A stretch of 64,000 nt of DNA, from positions 4,480,001-4,544,000 of the forward strand of contig CH464491.1 of NCBI GenBank assembly GCA_000002445.1. The letters are read 5' to 3'. Shown here in pieces: positions 1 to 11,907 of this stretch (position 1 is its first letter; the number at the start of each line of letters is the position of its first letter). Under the pieces are notes generated by a model. That model did not search any database and had not been told where the DNA came from. It saw only the letters and a list, made by a program, of their open reading frames with translations. A program made the position numbers and the translations under genes. This stretch comes from Trypanosoma brucei (lineage: Eukaryota).

Positions 1-1
1 A

Positions 2-2110
2 CTCCAGAAAGACAGCATTGTTCCACAACGCTGTATGAAGAATAACGTGGCTGGCTATCAAGGGATATGAAACATCCAAAGGGCATTGTAACACTTTCCC
101 TCCAAAATGTATTTCACATAGCTCATGGTGGGAAGGGTAACAATAAATATTCACGGGCGACTTCTGCGGTCCGCACATATCCGTGCCAGGAGATGCTTGA
201 TCAAACCAACCTCGACAAGAAGTTGATATCATTCTCGTTGATTGCCTTGAAAGTGTTGTCCTTTTCCCCGTTGTGCAACAAAGAAAAAGTTCAACGCGCG
301 AAACACTGTCATAATATTTTGGGATAGAAGAAAGTGCCCGAACGAGGGTCTCGTCCCCCATGCTCAGGTTCTCAGTGAAAACAATTTGGTATCTCGAACA
401 GAATCGGTTTATCGCATCCCTCACCCATGAAGTAAACTTGTGAGAATTGCAAATTAGCTTTTCCGCAACTGCCTTGGGTTGTCTCAGAGCGTGACACCAA
501 AAAATACACTTTACGTCGAAAGGCGATAACTCAGGAAAACTGCTATCATACGGTAAACGGAAGCGATATGAAAGCGCCCGCCCGATGACACTCAACTGGT
601 ACGACGGCAACCCGTCACTGTTACGCAACTGCGACAGTAGTCCGAATGAGCACATAGCACTCATGACTTCGTCAAAAAACAAAGACGCGTCCATAGTAGC
701 AAAGAAACTCTCCGGTATGCGTAAAACTGGGCCTGTATCTTCCTTCCTACTTTCAAACCGAAAGCGTCTAAACAGCCATAACACAACATTCATCGCATCT
801 TGAAGGCAGTCATTACTAACACGTTCCGTGTCAACGAAGTTATTCTCGCTGCTACAATGGCCCGGATACGGTACATAGATTGTGTGGGGAAGTCGGTGAA
901 AAAGTGCCCGAATTATGTCCAGATCCTCTCCCCTATTTGACTCACCGAAAACAAGAAACTTTATATCCATATAACCAAAGCAACATTCGTGATGCGGTCT
1001 CAGAAACTCCCTTTCAATTTTCTTCTTGGAACAAAAAACCGTCAACGGTACACCATTGGCACGAGCTGCTAAAAGTTCAGGGAAGTGGTCTAAACTCGCC
1101 GCGATTGACATGGGCGACGAAGTGTAGCTATCGTGTAGGCATTGCTCCAACATGCTAACCAACGAATCCTCTTCAGGGATTATCAGCAATATGCACGAAG
1201 GGTTACTGTTTACACATTCCACTCCGGTGTCACACAATTCTTCGTGGCAGTTTGTAACAATTTCGGTCATTTTTTCGAGCCATGCCTCCTGGTTCGCAGT
1301 CGCAAACGAGTCTGTGAAGCAGTTCTCCATATTATTGGTCGATCCGGTGCTGGTATCCAGCTTGTTAACGACGCAAACTTTAAGTTTGCTTTCAATGAAC
1401 AGATAAATGTCATCTACAGTGGTACTCCGGACACAATCTTTAGAGAATTTTAATATTACCTTCACGTGACTTAGTCTCTCCTGGATACGATCGTTAGGGA
1501 ACGACGCAAAGTGATGGAGAAGCGATGAAATCGCTAACGCCCAAATGGAAAACATAAAACTCCCGTACGGAGCCCCCATGTGAAAATAAATATCAACGTC
1601 TGTCAAAACATACACGACATCATCGTTATCAGTGCCACCCAGAAGAAAAATAAGAAGTGACTGCCACATATGATCGATACCTTTAAGGTCTAGTGTTACG
1701 AAAATGCAGTGGGAGATCCTGCTCGCCTCCTCCGTTCTGTCACGACCCACCTCCTGTGACGATTCATTCAACTCAATAGCTATATAGCAACCGCCAGTGC
1801 AATCGTTACAGGCAATCCGATCCGCAGGAGACGCACAATGTAGGTATGGAATCAAGTCCATTATCCCAATGGGATCACCTGTGCTCGGGTTACCTCTCCT
1901 ATTAATTGTTCCTCTTTCCCCTGAAAGCAAATTGTGGAAACGAGTATTCTTGTCGGTATAATACGCCTCGCTGTCAATCCTTGACATCATCGATTGAGGG
2001 ATGCGGTGTAGCCTCGAAGATGTGAGCGCATCAAAAAAGGCACTGCATTCCAGTGGAAGACAGTAAGGAATATCACCGAAATAACCCGAAGCGACTTCGT
2101 TTAAATTCAT
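2..2110 (-). CDS. Partial large ORF (at least 703 codons, ATG at 2110, continues beyond the window start). Function unknown.
   Basis: Manual reverse-complement translation from the ATG at 2108-2110 (MNLNEVASGYFGDIPYCLPLEC...) reads without a stop down to position 2. The frame was checked at three points (nt 2110, 1321, 781, all in phase). It is absent from the ORF track because no stop lies in the window. Only short ORFs occur on the opposite strand here. No P-loop or other motif recognised. Confidence 0.5.
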   Translation of the reverse strand, partial: MNLNEVASGYFGDIPYCLPLECSAFFDALTSSRLHRIPQSMMSRIDSEAYYTDKNTRFHNLLSGERGTINRRGNPSTGDPIGIMDLIPYLHCASPADRIACNDCTGGCYIAIELNESSQEVGRDRTEEASRISHCIFVTLDLKGIDHMWQSLLIFLLGGTDNDDVVYVLTDVDIYFHMGAPYGSFMFSIWALAISSLLHHFASFPNDRIQERLSHVKVILKFSKDCVRSTTVDDIYLFIESKLKVCVVNKLDTSTGSTNNMENCFTDSFATANQEAWLEKMTEIVTNCHEELCDTGVECVNSNPSCILLIIPEEDSLVSMLEQCLHDSYTSSPMSIAASLDHFPELLAARANGVPLTVFCSKKKIEREFLRPHHECCFGYMDIKFLVFGESNRGEDLDIIRALFHRLPHTIYVPYPGHCSSENNFVDTERVSNDCLQDAMNVVLWLFRRFRFESRKEDTGPVLRIPESFFATMDASLFFDEVMSAMCSFGLLSQLRNSDGLPSYQLSVIGRALSYRFRLPYDSSFPELSPFDVKCIFWCHALRQPKAVAEKLICNSHKFTSWVRDAINRFCSRYQIVFTENLSMGDETLVRALSSIPKYYDSVSRVELFLCCTTGKRTTLSRQSTRMISTSCRGWFDQASPGTDMCGPQKSPVNIYCYPSHHELCEIHFGGKVLQCPLDVSYPLIASHVILHTALWNNAVFLE

Positions 2111-2547
2111 CTACCGCCAGTACTGAAATAGTGAAAGGGAGAACTTAAGAACGAAGTTAAAACAAAGATAAAACCACATATGTCACAGATTCATGGGAGA
2201 ATGCAAATTAGGTCACATTAACCTCCGCATATTTTTTTTGTGCTTTGGTTAAACATTGATCCCTCCCCCTATGCAACCACCACACCTCGGTAGATCAGAG
2301 GGACGGCAGAATGTAGAAGCAGACAATTTGGGTGAAATCAAACCACCCTCTAAAAAGTCCTGAAAGACCACCGCAGCCGACCAACACATCAGGTACTTCA
2401 CAACTTTTTCTTTAATTAACACGTTTAATTGTCGTTGTTGTTATTGCTGCTGGCGTCAACACAGCTCCAATAGGTACCTTTGCGGTTAAACATGGTCTAT
2501 GTTTCGCTTTGTTTTTTGCTTTCAACAAAACAAATTCGTTATTAGCG

Positions 2548-2573
2548 TGTGTGTGTGTGTGTGTGTGTGTGTA
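2548..2573. repeat. (GT)n microsatellite
   Basis: gtgtgtgtgtgtgtgtgtgtgtgt run seen directly. Confidence 0.9.
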
Positions 2574-2699
2574 TTTGTTTTCATATGGTCGGTCCCTGTT
2601 GATAAGGCTACATCGTTAAGCAGGGGAACAATGCTGCAAGCAGCACTTTACATGTACGAAAACGTTCCAACGCTTACACAGATACATACAAATAAAGAA

Positions 2700-3950
2700 A
2701 AAAGAAACCATCACAGAGGAATAACCCAACAGCATGTCACGCCCCAAAGCACAGGCACCCCGTCCCTGCCTTTTGATAAGTGAAAATGAACAAAGTTAAG
2801 AACGAGTATGGGAAGACGTCGGCACACAACATGGCAAAGCGGGAACCGGCCGTTGCACCGCTCGAACACATATGCGGCAGACGTCCACAATATCACGTCA
2901 TCACCGACGTACAAAACGAGGTCAGCGGCCGTGTGGCAGCCGCCCGCCGCGCAAGGCCGGCACAGACACGGCCAAAAAGTCCGGGCGGACGCAAGCACCC
3001 ACCTGCGAAAACCAAAGAGTCGGAAGGACACGCTCCCTCGCTCTTTCTTCCCCCCTCCCCCTTCGGTTCGACAGCGGCCCTCCGCTGGCAGCCGCGCGCC
3101 TCCGGACCACGGACGGCTTCTCCCGTAGAAAACTGTGGAATCTCACATCCCACCCCCACGTTAAAGCAAATTCCTTCTCTGTTGTGCGCACAGATCACAC
3201 ACACACCTTCCACATTTTCCTCGGCCGAAAATGCTGGCCGGGATTTCTGAGGGCCCTTGACCCACAGCGGCGGCACACTCGGCCAAGAAGTGCAAAGGAA
3301 GGGAGATGCAACGCGCAATAAATCGCTCTTTTCCCCCACACTCGTGCGGCACCACGCCTGCCTACCGCTTGCGTCGACGCGCCAGTCGCCGAACCATTGC
3401 GGCCATCTGGGATATGCGCAGGTGGTGGTGAGTCGGGCACTGGCATCGATGTCGAAGGGTTGGGGTGGCGTAGTCGGCGCGTTCAAGCTGATCTGGAGGA
3501 GCAACCTTGTACCTACAGACGTCTTCGGTGAGAAAGAGCGGCTAGTCGCTGTGGGGGACCCGTCGCCTCTACGCGAGGAAGTTTGGAATCCGGCACCTGG
3601 CCACTCCTTGCCGCCTCGTACCCGATATGGGGAAAATTGGCTGTTATGCTCTGCCCGCGGAACCAGCCGGTACGGGTTGTGTGGGTCTTCGGAACCTCGG
3701 GCAGTGTGAAGCTTGATTCGGATGCGCCCAGAAGCCCATGGAAACAGTACAGATCCGAACCTAGGCCTAGTCGCCGATTTCTTTTACGGAAGCCAGAGTA
3801 TTGTGGGAGGTCTTTTTCATTTCCGTTCGTTTCGAAGGCAAGCATTTGGGGGGGGGGGGGGGAAGAGATATCAGTTTTTTCCCCCATCACCGATGCAGTG
3901 CGCTGAATATCTTTGAGTTGGTTTTTAACGTTGACCTTCATTTCTGAGGT
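2700..3950. other. GC-rich island with all six frames open (overlapping ORFs on both strands); poly-G run at ~3843-3862.
   Basis: Multiple overlapping ORFs of 100-200 aa in every frame (2711-3941) imply a depletion of the A/T needed for stop codons. Visibly GC-rich sequence (ccgcgcaaggccggcac...). A poly-G homopolymer is present. Confidence 0.6.
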
Positions 3951-6499
3951 TCAAGAGCGGTAGCGACCTGGGACTCTTAGTAGATTTCTGTGTTACGTTC
4001 CATTTCCGGTACCGGTTCTCCCGGTACGTGAAGCCGGCTGGGGGATTATGTATTTTAGATGCAACAAGATTCGGAACCCTATATATTTTTTCTAAAATTA
4101 ATCATTCATGGGGAGAGATTGCTGCATTTTCTCCCTTCTTTAATTGGGTGAGAACACATAAAAAGTCATCAGGTCGTGCGACATTTTTTAACAAGTTATG
4201 TCTGACCGGTCACTACAAAGCAAGGTGGAGACTTGTGGCTCTTTCGAGCATACCCACGGCTACGCATTGGTAATGAGGGGTGAATACTAGCAAAGAGATT
4301 AGACATAAACCGCAGGGGAGTTCACCGTTAAGATTGTGCCGGCATGAATGTAACGCGTAGGACGCCACGCCGCTGTACGGACGATGCACGTGACTGTTAG
4401 GGGCTTTGAAAGAGATGTTTGCATCCTGAAACAGATTTCACGGCGAAAGAAAAAGAACTTCTTTTGTTAACATGCAAATTTACTTCGACACACTTGCTTC
4501 TGTGGTTAGTCGAAAGTGTGTGCTCTCAGGATTTAAGCAACACACATCATGTCACTGGTTGCTGCAATGTGGTCATAGCATTTGCATTTGCGACAAACGT
4601 ACTGAACAAAGAAATGCGCAGTGGTAGCGAAGAATTTACTTTTTGTCCATACCATGCTCAACTGTGCGTTCCGAAGTTTTTATACTTTCGTCATTACGCG
4701 ACGATGTGTCTCCATCATATCTAACGTCTCCCCCCTTTACACACTTGTGACAAGGAGGAAGAGCCGGCCAAGCCCCCAGCATGCGCACAAGGAAACCAAC
4801 TACTACTAAACAACGCATCGTGGACAAGCATGACAACAGTTCTCCGGACGAGGTGAGAAATATGGAAAGATTAAATTTATGAGTCGTGACTTATACACAG
4901 ACCTCGATAGTCGCAATGTCATTGTTTACTATTGTTGCATCCAATTTAGTAACATCACCTTTCTGTGGTTTATAGGCCGAGTGCTCTAGGCATAACAGAG
5001 GAGAACTTTATGTCCCTTAGAACACATTGTGGCCTCAGCTGACTTTCACTATTTAAAAACCTTCACTGCAGGAGGCATCTGTGTTTGCCGCGCGGATCGG
5101 CACTTCGCTGTGTCAACCCTCTTGATCACCGGAGCTTGGCACCGATTTCCCCATTGACCGGAAGCAACCTCCTGGATCTTCATTAGAAAGTAAGATATGG
5201 GTTGGCTGTCCCCAACATACGTTATGGGGGTGGGTCTCTGAAAGATTCGGAGTGCCACGCGGTGCCGCCCGAACATTCGTAAATGCAGATTTTACCACGA
5301 CTTCCGAACCAACTTCTCATCGCCCCTTTATTTGTATTCCCCTCTAGACAAGGAGTGGGTTCTTCAAAGGAATCGTATTGCGATTGATTCAGTCCCATTG
5401 CAACGTTGCGGGGCAGTTGCGTGAGAGGTCCTTCTCAGACCGCATGTCCCTGCCCACACAACGTTTGCTGGAAGAAATGTTTGTGAGGTACCCTAGGGGA
5501 ACATAGCCACCCAACTACTACTGCCCACACGCACAAACTCTATGTACAGTGCCGCCGCCGTGCTGGATACTCTTTAATCCATATACTGGAAGACTTTTTT
5601 TTTTTTAATGGTAGGGTTGTTATGCGCATGCGCCACTCTCACCGTAGATTGGTGCAGTACTTGGTCAGCGAGCTGATGGTGCGGTTAAAGTCCTTGACGT
5701 CATTTTTATCTGTTTAATCAACTTCCGGTAACATACCGTAATTTTTGAAGTACTTCTCTCTTGTGTTTGGTGGAAAATGCACTGTAGCTGGTGTCTGATG
5801 TAGGCACAGTCATTTCCGTAATACGCAGTGAGAACACACTTTTTACGAGAGGTGGTTGAAACCGACACGAGTTACCAACATAGTGCCATCAAACGGTCCT
5901 TCCTTTCGTGTTAATGTCAGTACAAATGCGAACTCCATCGCTACCAACGAGGGAACAAACAACACATAGATAACCCTTCGAACCGTGCCCGAGGTGACGC
6001 TCTGCTTATATTTTGGACCACAACATAAAGGCGGATGTGATGCCGCTGTGGCTTATGACGAGGTAAGCGATCAGGTCGCGTAGTGTTGTCAACGCTTCGT
6101 GTATCCTACAAAGCGACGTAACATAGCGCCCGAATCGTCACCACCATCAGTGGGAAACAAAGCAGCTGTTGGAAAAGTATAAGTCATTCTGGAGGTGTTG
6201 TGAACTCCCGTTGAAACCGAGTCAGGAACCATGAGTGGGAATGGACGCGAAAAGCAAAATTTTATGCACATTTTAGCCGAGCGTGGTCGTAAAACTATAT
6301 CACCTGGAATCGGAGATTCCACTGTCATAAAGGTGGATGTTGTCCAGTACATGTTGTTGAAACCTCGTGAACACTCGTCTTTGGTATTGTTGGGCCTTGT
6401 TGTAGAAGCAAGACAGCTGGGTCTATGACAGCCGGTTGTCTCAAGGCAATTTGAGCGGTTGAACACTGAAAGTCTCTGATGGTAGACTGTCTAACTCGA

Positions 6500-6960
6500 C
6501 TTCACTCACGGGAATGCTTCGACTGAAGAAGCTTCAAATCAGGGGCAACCTCGACAACAGCAACGGCGCTGGGGAAATATTTCGTATTGAAATGCTGAAA
6601 GAGATGGTGCCGACGTATAAAGAGGTGGGAATAATTGGAGAGGTGCGCCTCTCCCCGAACCCCACGATTCACAACTTGGAACAGACATCAGCAAATGACG
6701 ACTTCATAAAGTAACTTTCCGTATGGAAGAAACTATATGAAAGTTGACACTATCTGTGTCCCTAAAACTGGATAATGTCGAACAGCTGTCAAAGATTACA
6801 ACACTAAAGGGGTTGAGCCTTTCATGGTGCACTAATATTATACATGGGTGGGAAAGCAATGATAAACTTCCACAGCTCCGAGTTCTTTATTTGGAAGGGG
6901 GCGGCAAATATGCTGGGGGTGCAACCTATGAGAGGTATCAGCAACATGTTTAAATGTTAC
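6500..6960 (+). pseudogene. Possible degenerate leucine-rich-repeat protein (LRRP/ESAG8-like) remnant.
   Basis: ORFs 6514-6714 and 6744-6953 give LKKLQIRGNLDN... and LSKITTLKGLSLSWCTNIIHGW...LPQLRVLYLEG. This fits the L..L..L.LS.C..I LRR pattern of trypanosome LRRP/ESAG8. The region is fragmented across frames. Confidence 0.3.
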
Positions 6961-9919
6961 AGTGAGGGTAAGTGGGGCATACACAAAACTGACCGCGCGG
7001 AATTTGCCTTCCTGTGCTGTTATTATTTTTCCATTATCCCTCTTAACATGGTATGCGATCTCCTGCACCACGGAAGGAAACAACATATGCTACTGGGGTA
7101 AATGCCGACGCCTCAGAGGAGTATATCTTCTGCAGAGCTCAGCACAGGATCTGCAGACCCCCACGGCAGCGAAGGAGGCTGGCCGTCACACAGCAGCAGC
7201 CGTCTGCTCCTAAACGTTGTGGTAGGGCACGGAAGATTCATAAGACTAGCCACTGTTTGACTGACAAGAGCTTGAATGCGACGAGAAATGCTCCCGAGGT
7301 GCGCACGTCGCTGTGAGAAAAGTGATGCCAAAAGATTATTGCAACTCGCTGGTGATGGCACCAGCCCGATGCCTCAATTGTTTTACTGGAGTTTGTTTGG
7401 CAACGGGTGGCACTGGGAAAGAGCCACTGAATGCGTCTTTATGACACACAGACACGTTGCTGACGAGAAGGAAGCGGAAGCACTACCGAGTTTTCGTTTG
7501 GTAACACTTTGGATTAGTACATGATTCCAGTTGGCATAAGCGCTGGACCTCCAGAGGCGTGTTGGGGCCATGGTCATGACTAAGCGCACTGAGGGACAAA
7601 GCGTAGCAATGGTAGTAGGTCGGGAACAAAACGTCGATTGAGACTCCGTTAAGGATTGGTTAGTTGATCGGGACAGGAGGACAAGCAATGACGAACACCA
7701 CTGTTTTGCTTGTTGGTACAGAGAAACGCGACAACTAGCACAATATTCCAGGTTGGACTGCAGAACAAATTGGAAATTAGCAAAAAAAAAATGGCCGAGT
7801 GGCTGAATCAAATTACAAAGAGTGGCAGCCCAACTGCGTCGCAGAAAGGAGTAACGATGAACGGGAGGCAGAATGTTGTAATACAAAAGCAAGAACAGAA
7901 CGGGAAGCAGGCAATTAAAGCGCATCCGGGTCCAACAGCAAAGATCGTAGAGCCATGTCAATGAGGGTGCTAGAAGCCGAGAAAGACGTGCTGAAAAGGG
8001 GTGTTTCGGACAACCACGACCGTCTTCAAGAGAAATTTGAAGTGTGTGTTATCCGTCAGCATGTAATGAGGGGGGGCTGTTTCGCGATTTCCCGATCACA
8101 CGAGAGGAGTTGAATTTACGTGATGTTTCTGACCAGTCGTAACCGCGTCTTTGTGATCGCTGGTTTCCACGGCCTCTTTCAACTGATTTTTTTATTGTGT
8201 AGCCCACCGCAGTTTAATGGATTTTTTGTTGGAATCCATTGCACGTGCTATGGTGCGCTATGTCGTGGCTTGTGCTTTGTTATGTTTAGTTGGCGTTGTT
8301 GTTGTTGTTGTTCTTGTTCATAGGCTTCTTTCATGGCATGCAGTGACCTCGCACATTTGGTCTCAGATTTCATCCGTAGTAGTTCATCCTTTCGTTTCGA
8401 TAACCGAGTATTCCTTTGTTGTTGTTTTTTTTTTGAACGCTTTTACTTCTCATTTACTGTGTATTGCTGATCCAGCTCCCGCATGTCACTACACAGCTGC
8501 TCCGTAGCACCCCTCAGCTTTGACTTATACGCACGAACAACCCTTCCCTGTTGTCCTGCTGTTACAGTCACTGGGCATACAGAACGAAACAGCTTCTTAA
8601 CTCCACGCAAAATATTTGTTAGCTGTAAGTGCCCTCTGTCAAAGGGGACACAGACACAGTAATAACAGGCACTTCTTCGTTCGCTGCATAACCGGTTATG
8701 CGATGTCGTTGCGTTCCTGTTTGACGCTGCAAGAACGATTCCCTGTGGGGTTTTCCGATTGGTCACCTCATTAACGGTAACAGCGCGTGTGTCATGGACC
8801 GCAGTACCTGGACGTATTCGGAAAGGTCGTGGTAACGTCCTTGGCGCCCCACTTCATTTTTTACCGCTTTTCTTATGCATATCATCGCTTTCGGTGAATC
8901 GCGAACTGTTAGTGTACTTCTTGGAGATCGGTTAAGACCCATAGCTGTCCAGCAGGTCGTTTTGCTGCGTTCGGTGCCGAGATTTGCTTGGCAGGGATCA
9001 TTTTTCCAAAATGCAATACATAGGCTCACACACAGGTCCCGGTGATCGGCCTCTACAACCAATAACCTGCGACTGCTGAACTTCCTTGGAAAGTCTTCCG
9101 TATGCACCGTTAGCATCTCATATTTGCTTTTACTTTCGTAAGCGCTGAAAACAGAGCGATTTTCATTGGTGGTCTGCTCTGTAGCGCTTGCCTGCCAGGG
9201 AAGTTGAGATGACAAAATTAAATAGAGGTCCACATAGGTTTGGTATCCTTCACGCGATTCTTCAAGGATGTGTTGTTCCTTTCGTCTGCGGAGTGACGAC
9301 GGGAAAAGCGGAACTTGCTGCTGGAGAAACGTTGCAGTACGACACGTAAACTATTGTTTTTGCGAAATTCATAAATATGATTTCCACAAGGAGACAGGGA
9401 GTGCATCGTGTTGTGCTATGCAAAGGCGACAGGGCAATTATAAAAAACGTGCTGTCGCAACCAGTCAGCTTCCATCAATTTAACAGCGATGCAATAAGTG
9501 GATCTTGACTACCCCAGAGATGCGTATTGCGGTAAGGGGAACGTCACCCCCCCCCCCCGTACATCATTTTAACCGGTAGGGACGAGTAGTCTCATACCTT
9601 ACCTACAGTTGGAGGAGCTTTAAGCCGAAAATTTTCGACTTTTTTGAGGGTAGAAGCAAGCTCCCCAGGTTTCCCTCAAAAGCAGAAAGAGCATCCATCC
9701 TCGCTTTGATACACCGCATTGGGTGTTTTCCGTTTCTCGCTCCTTGGGCATACAGAGTGGCGGTTCCCCCGATGCTATCCTTTCCCCCCCCCCCCGCAAA
9801 AAAAAAAAAAAAATCTTTTGGGTTGCCCTTTCGGGCCCGCTCCGCCGCGGTAAACCTTTTACCGGCCGAAAACCCCGGGCAAAATGTTTTCCCTGACTGG
9901 GTGGCGGACCCCCGATCTT

Positions 9920-10019
9920 NNNNNNNNNNNNNNNNNNNNNNNNNNNNNNNNNNNNNNNNNNNNNNNNNNNNNNNNNNNNNNNNNNNNNNNNNNNNNNNNN
10001 NNNNNNNNNNNNNNNNNNN
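9920..10019. other. Assembly gap (100 N).
   Basis: Run of n characters. Confidence 1.
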
Positions 10020-10804
10020 TGACAATTGCGGCAGGACGATGAGCAGAAGTAACAACGCGACTGGAGCTCTCAATATCACGGGAAGTACGTCCATGGCGAC
10101 ACGACACACAGCTCCTCCCGTCGGAAGGGAATGTTCCCCGCCACTCGGTGCGAGTGAGGCATTGCGGTCGCTCAAGTGAAGCATATTCATCGCAGTGTCT
10201 TTGATAGTCTACGTGTAAAAGTGGTTGTCACACTGGAACAAATGAAAGGGAGGGGTTGGGCAAGAGTTGTTAGGTGAAACTGGGAACCACGTAACGCCAA
10301 GAACGTGATGCCCATATCGAGGGGAAAAAATATAAACGGTTGCACGCAACAAGCCATATTAAGATTTAAGGACGCCAACACACGCATCGTTCCATCAGAG
10401 CCAAACACACCAGTAACGTAGGCGCGAAACTGCGCTTGTTGTGTCAGAGGCGGCGGTCACAATGCACAAGACCACCCCACAACAGTACAGAACTCCCAAG
10501 GTATGCGCCGCGCGCGGTGGAGTGGACCATCGATAGGTAAAACAACAATGTACCATTAAGAGGTCAACGGTTCCTCCAATCACGGCGGATGTGCCGCCCC
10601 TTTGCCACTAATTGATTGGAGGAACGGGGGCGTATTTTTCGCGACACACGACCACTGCAAAGCGGCTGGAGACTTGACACAATCCGAAGGGCGCGTCAGC
10701 TGCGTCGCAACTGTGTGCACGCTTCTATACCCCTGGCATCGGCGACAAAGTATCCGCAGCCACAATAGCCACCAAAGAACCGCCTCTCCTTCCAGCTTAG
10801 ACAT
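10020..10804 (-). repeat. Left arm of an inverted repeat: inverted copy of the GRESAG4 5' flank plus its first ~57 codons.
   Basis: 10020-10190 is the exact reverse complement of 11738-11907. The 10782-10804 junction is the reverse complement of 11114-11136. Identical small ORFs are predicted on opposite strands (10187-10408(-) = 11520-11741(+), 10395-10583(-) = 11345-11533(+), 10580-10948(-) = 11124-11348(+)). Confidence 0.85.
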
Positions 10805-11113
10805 AGTAGGTGTCCGCCACACACACACACACAATCTCTTTTGTGTTTGCTCTTTTCGTGCCCCGCTCCGCGCGGGTAAACCACTTTCAGCGGCCGGAGA
10901 ACTCCCGTGCGAAAATGTTTTCTCACCTGACTCGGTGTGTGCTGACACTCCGAGTCACTTCGCAGGTAAGGGAGTCATACGCCCTCTGGAACGGGTGAAC
11001 CAGTTCCAGTAGGATAGCACTATCCTTGATCAATGGCACCGCGTAAATGCTGCATCACTACCGAAAGCAAGTAAGAAGGCATATGACCCCGTTTCGCGCC
11101 GGTTCGTCCACCC

Positions 11114-11907
11114 GACACCTACTATGTCTAAGCTGGAAGGAGAGGCGGTTCTTTGGTGGCTATTGTGGCTGCGGATACTTTGTCGCCGATGCCAGGGGTA
11201 TAGAAGCGTGCACACAGTTGCGACGCAGCTGACGCGCCCTTCGGATTGTGTCAAGTCTCCAGCCGCTTTGCAGTGGTCGTGTGTCGCGAAAAATACGCCC
11301 CCGTTCCTCCAATCAATTAGTGGCAAAGGGGCGGCACATCCGCCGTGATTGGAGGAACCGTTGACCTCTTAATGGTACATTGTTGTTTTACCTATCGATG
11401 GTCCACTCCACCGCGCGCGGCGCATACCTTGGGAGTTCTGTACTGTTGTGGGGTGGTCTTGTGCATTGTGACCGCCGCCTCTGACACAACAAGCGCAGTT
11501 TCGCGCCTACGTTACTGGTGTGTTTGGCTCTGATGGAACGATGCGTGTGTTGGCGTCCTTAAATCTTAATATGGCTTGTTGCGTGCAACCGTTTATATTT
11601 TTTCCCCTCGATATGGGCATCACGTTCTTGGCGTTACGTGGTTCCCAGTTTCACCTAACAACTCTTGCCCAACCCCTCCCTTTCATTTGTTCCAGTGTGA
11701 CAACCACTTTTACACGTAGACTATCAAAGACACTGCGATGAATATGCTTCACTTGAGCGACCGCAATGCCTCACTCGCACCGAGTGGCGGGGAACATTCC
11801 CTTCCGACGGGAGGAGCTGTGTGTCGTGTCGCCATGGACGTACTTCCCGTGATATTGAGAGCTCCAGTCGCGTTGTTACTTCTGCTCATCGTCCTGCCGC
11901 AATTGTC
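11114..11907 (+). repeat. Right arm of the inverted repeat (the native 5' flank and start of GRESAG4). The spacer 10805-11113 carries a (CA)n tract.
   Basis: See left arm. Arms are about 790 bp and the unique spacer about 309 bp. Confidence 0.85.

Noticed and set aside
2711-3941. Many overlapping 60-200-aa ORFs on both strands.
   Set aside because: They cannot all be coding. Their openness is explained by GC-rich composition. This is reported as a compositional island instead.
7383-7961. 192-aa minus-strand ORF.
   Set aside because: Low-complexity composition (L/S/C-rich) and no recognisable domain. It is in a region with many short ORFs in all frames, so there is insufficient support.
9603-10190. 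195-aa minus-strand ORF (and the plus-strand ORF 9706-10179) containing runs of X.
   Set aside because: They span the 100-N assembly gap. The MNMLHLS... part is just the inverted copy of the GRESAG4 N-terminus, and the rest is low-quality homopolymer-rich sequence. Not a gene.
10580-11348. Pairs of identical small ORFs on opposite strands (for example MSKLEGEAV... at 10580-10948(-) and 11124-11348(+); MPLIDWRNGG... at 10602-11012(+) and 11030-11326(-)).
   Set aside because: Their identity is a by-product of the inverted repeat in the GRESAG4 5' flank. There are no coding features, and they overlap each other in different frames.
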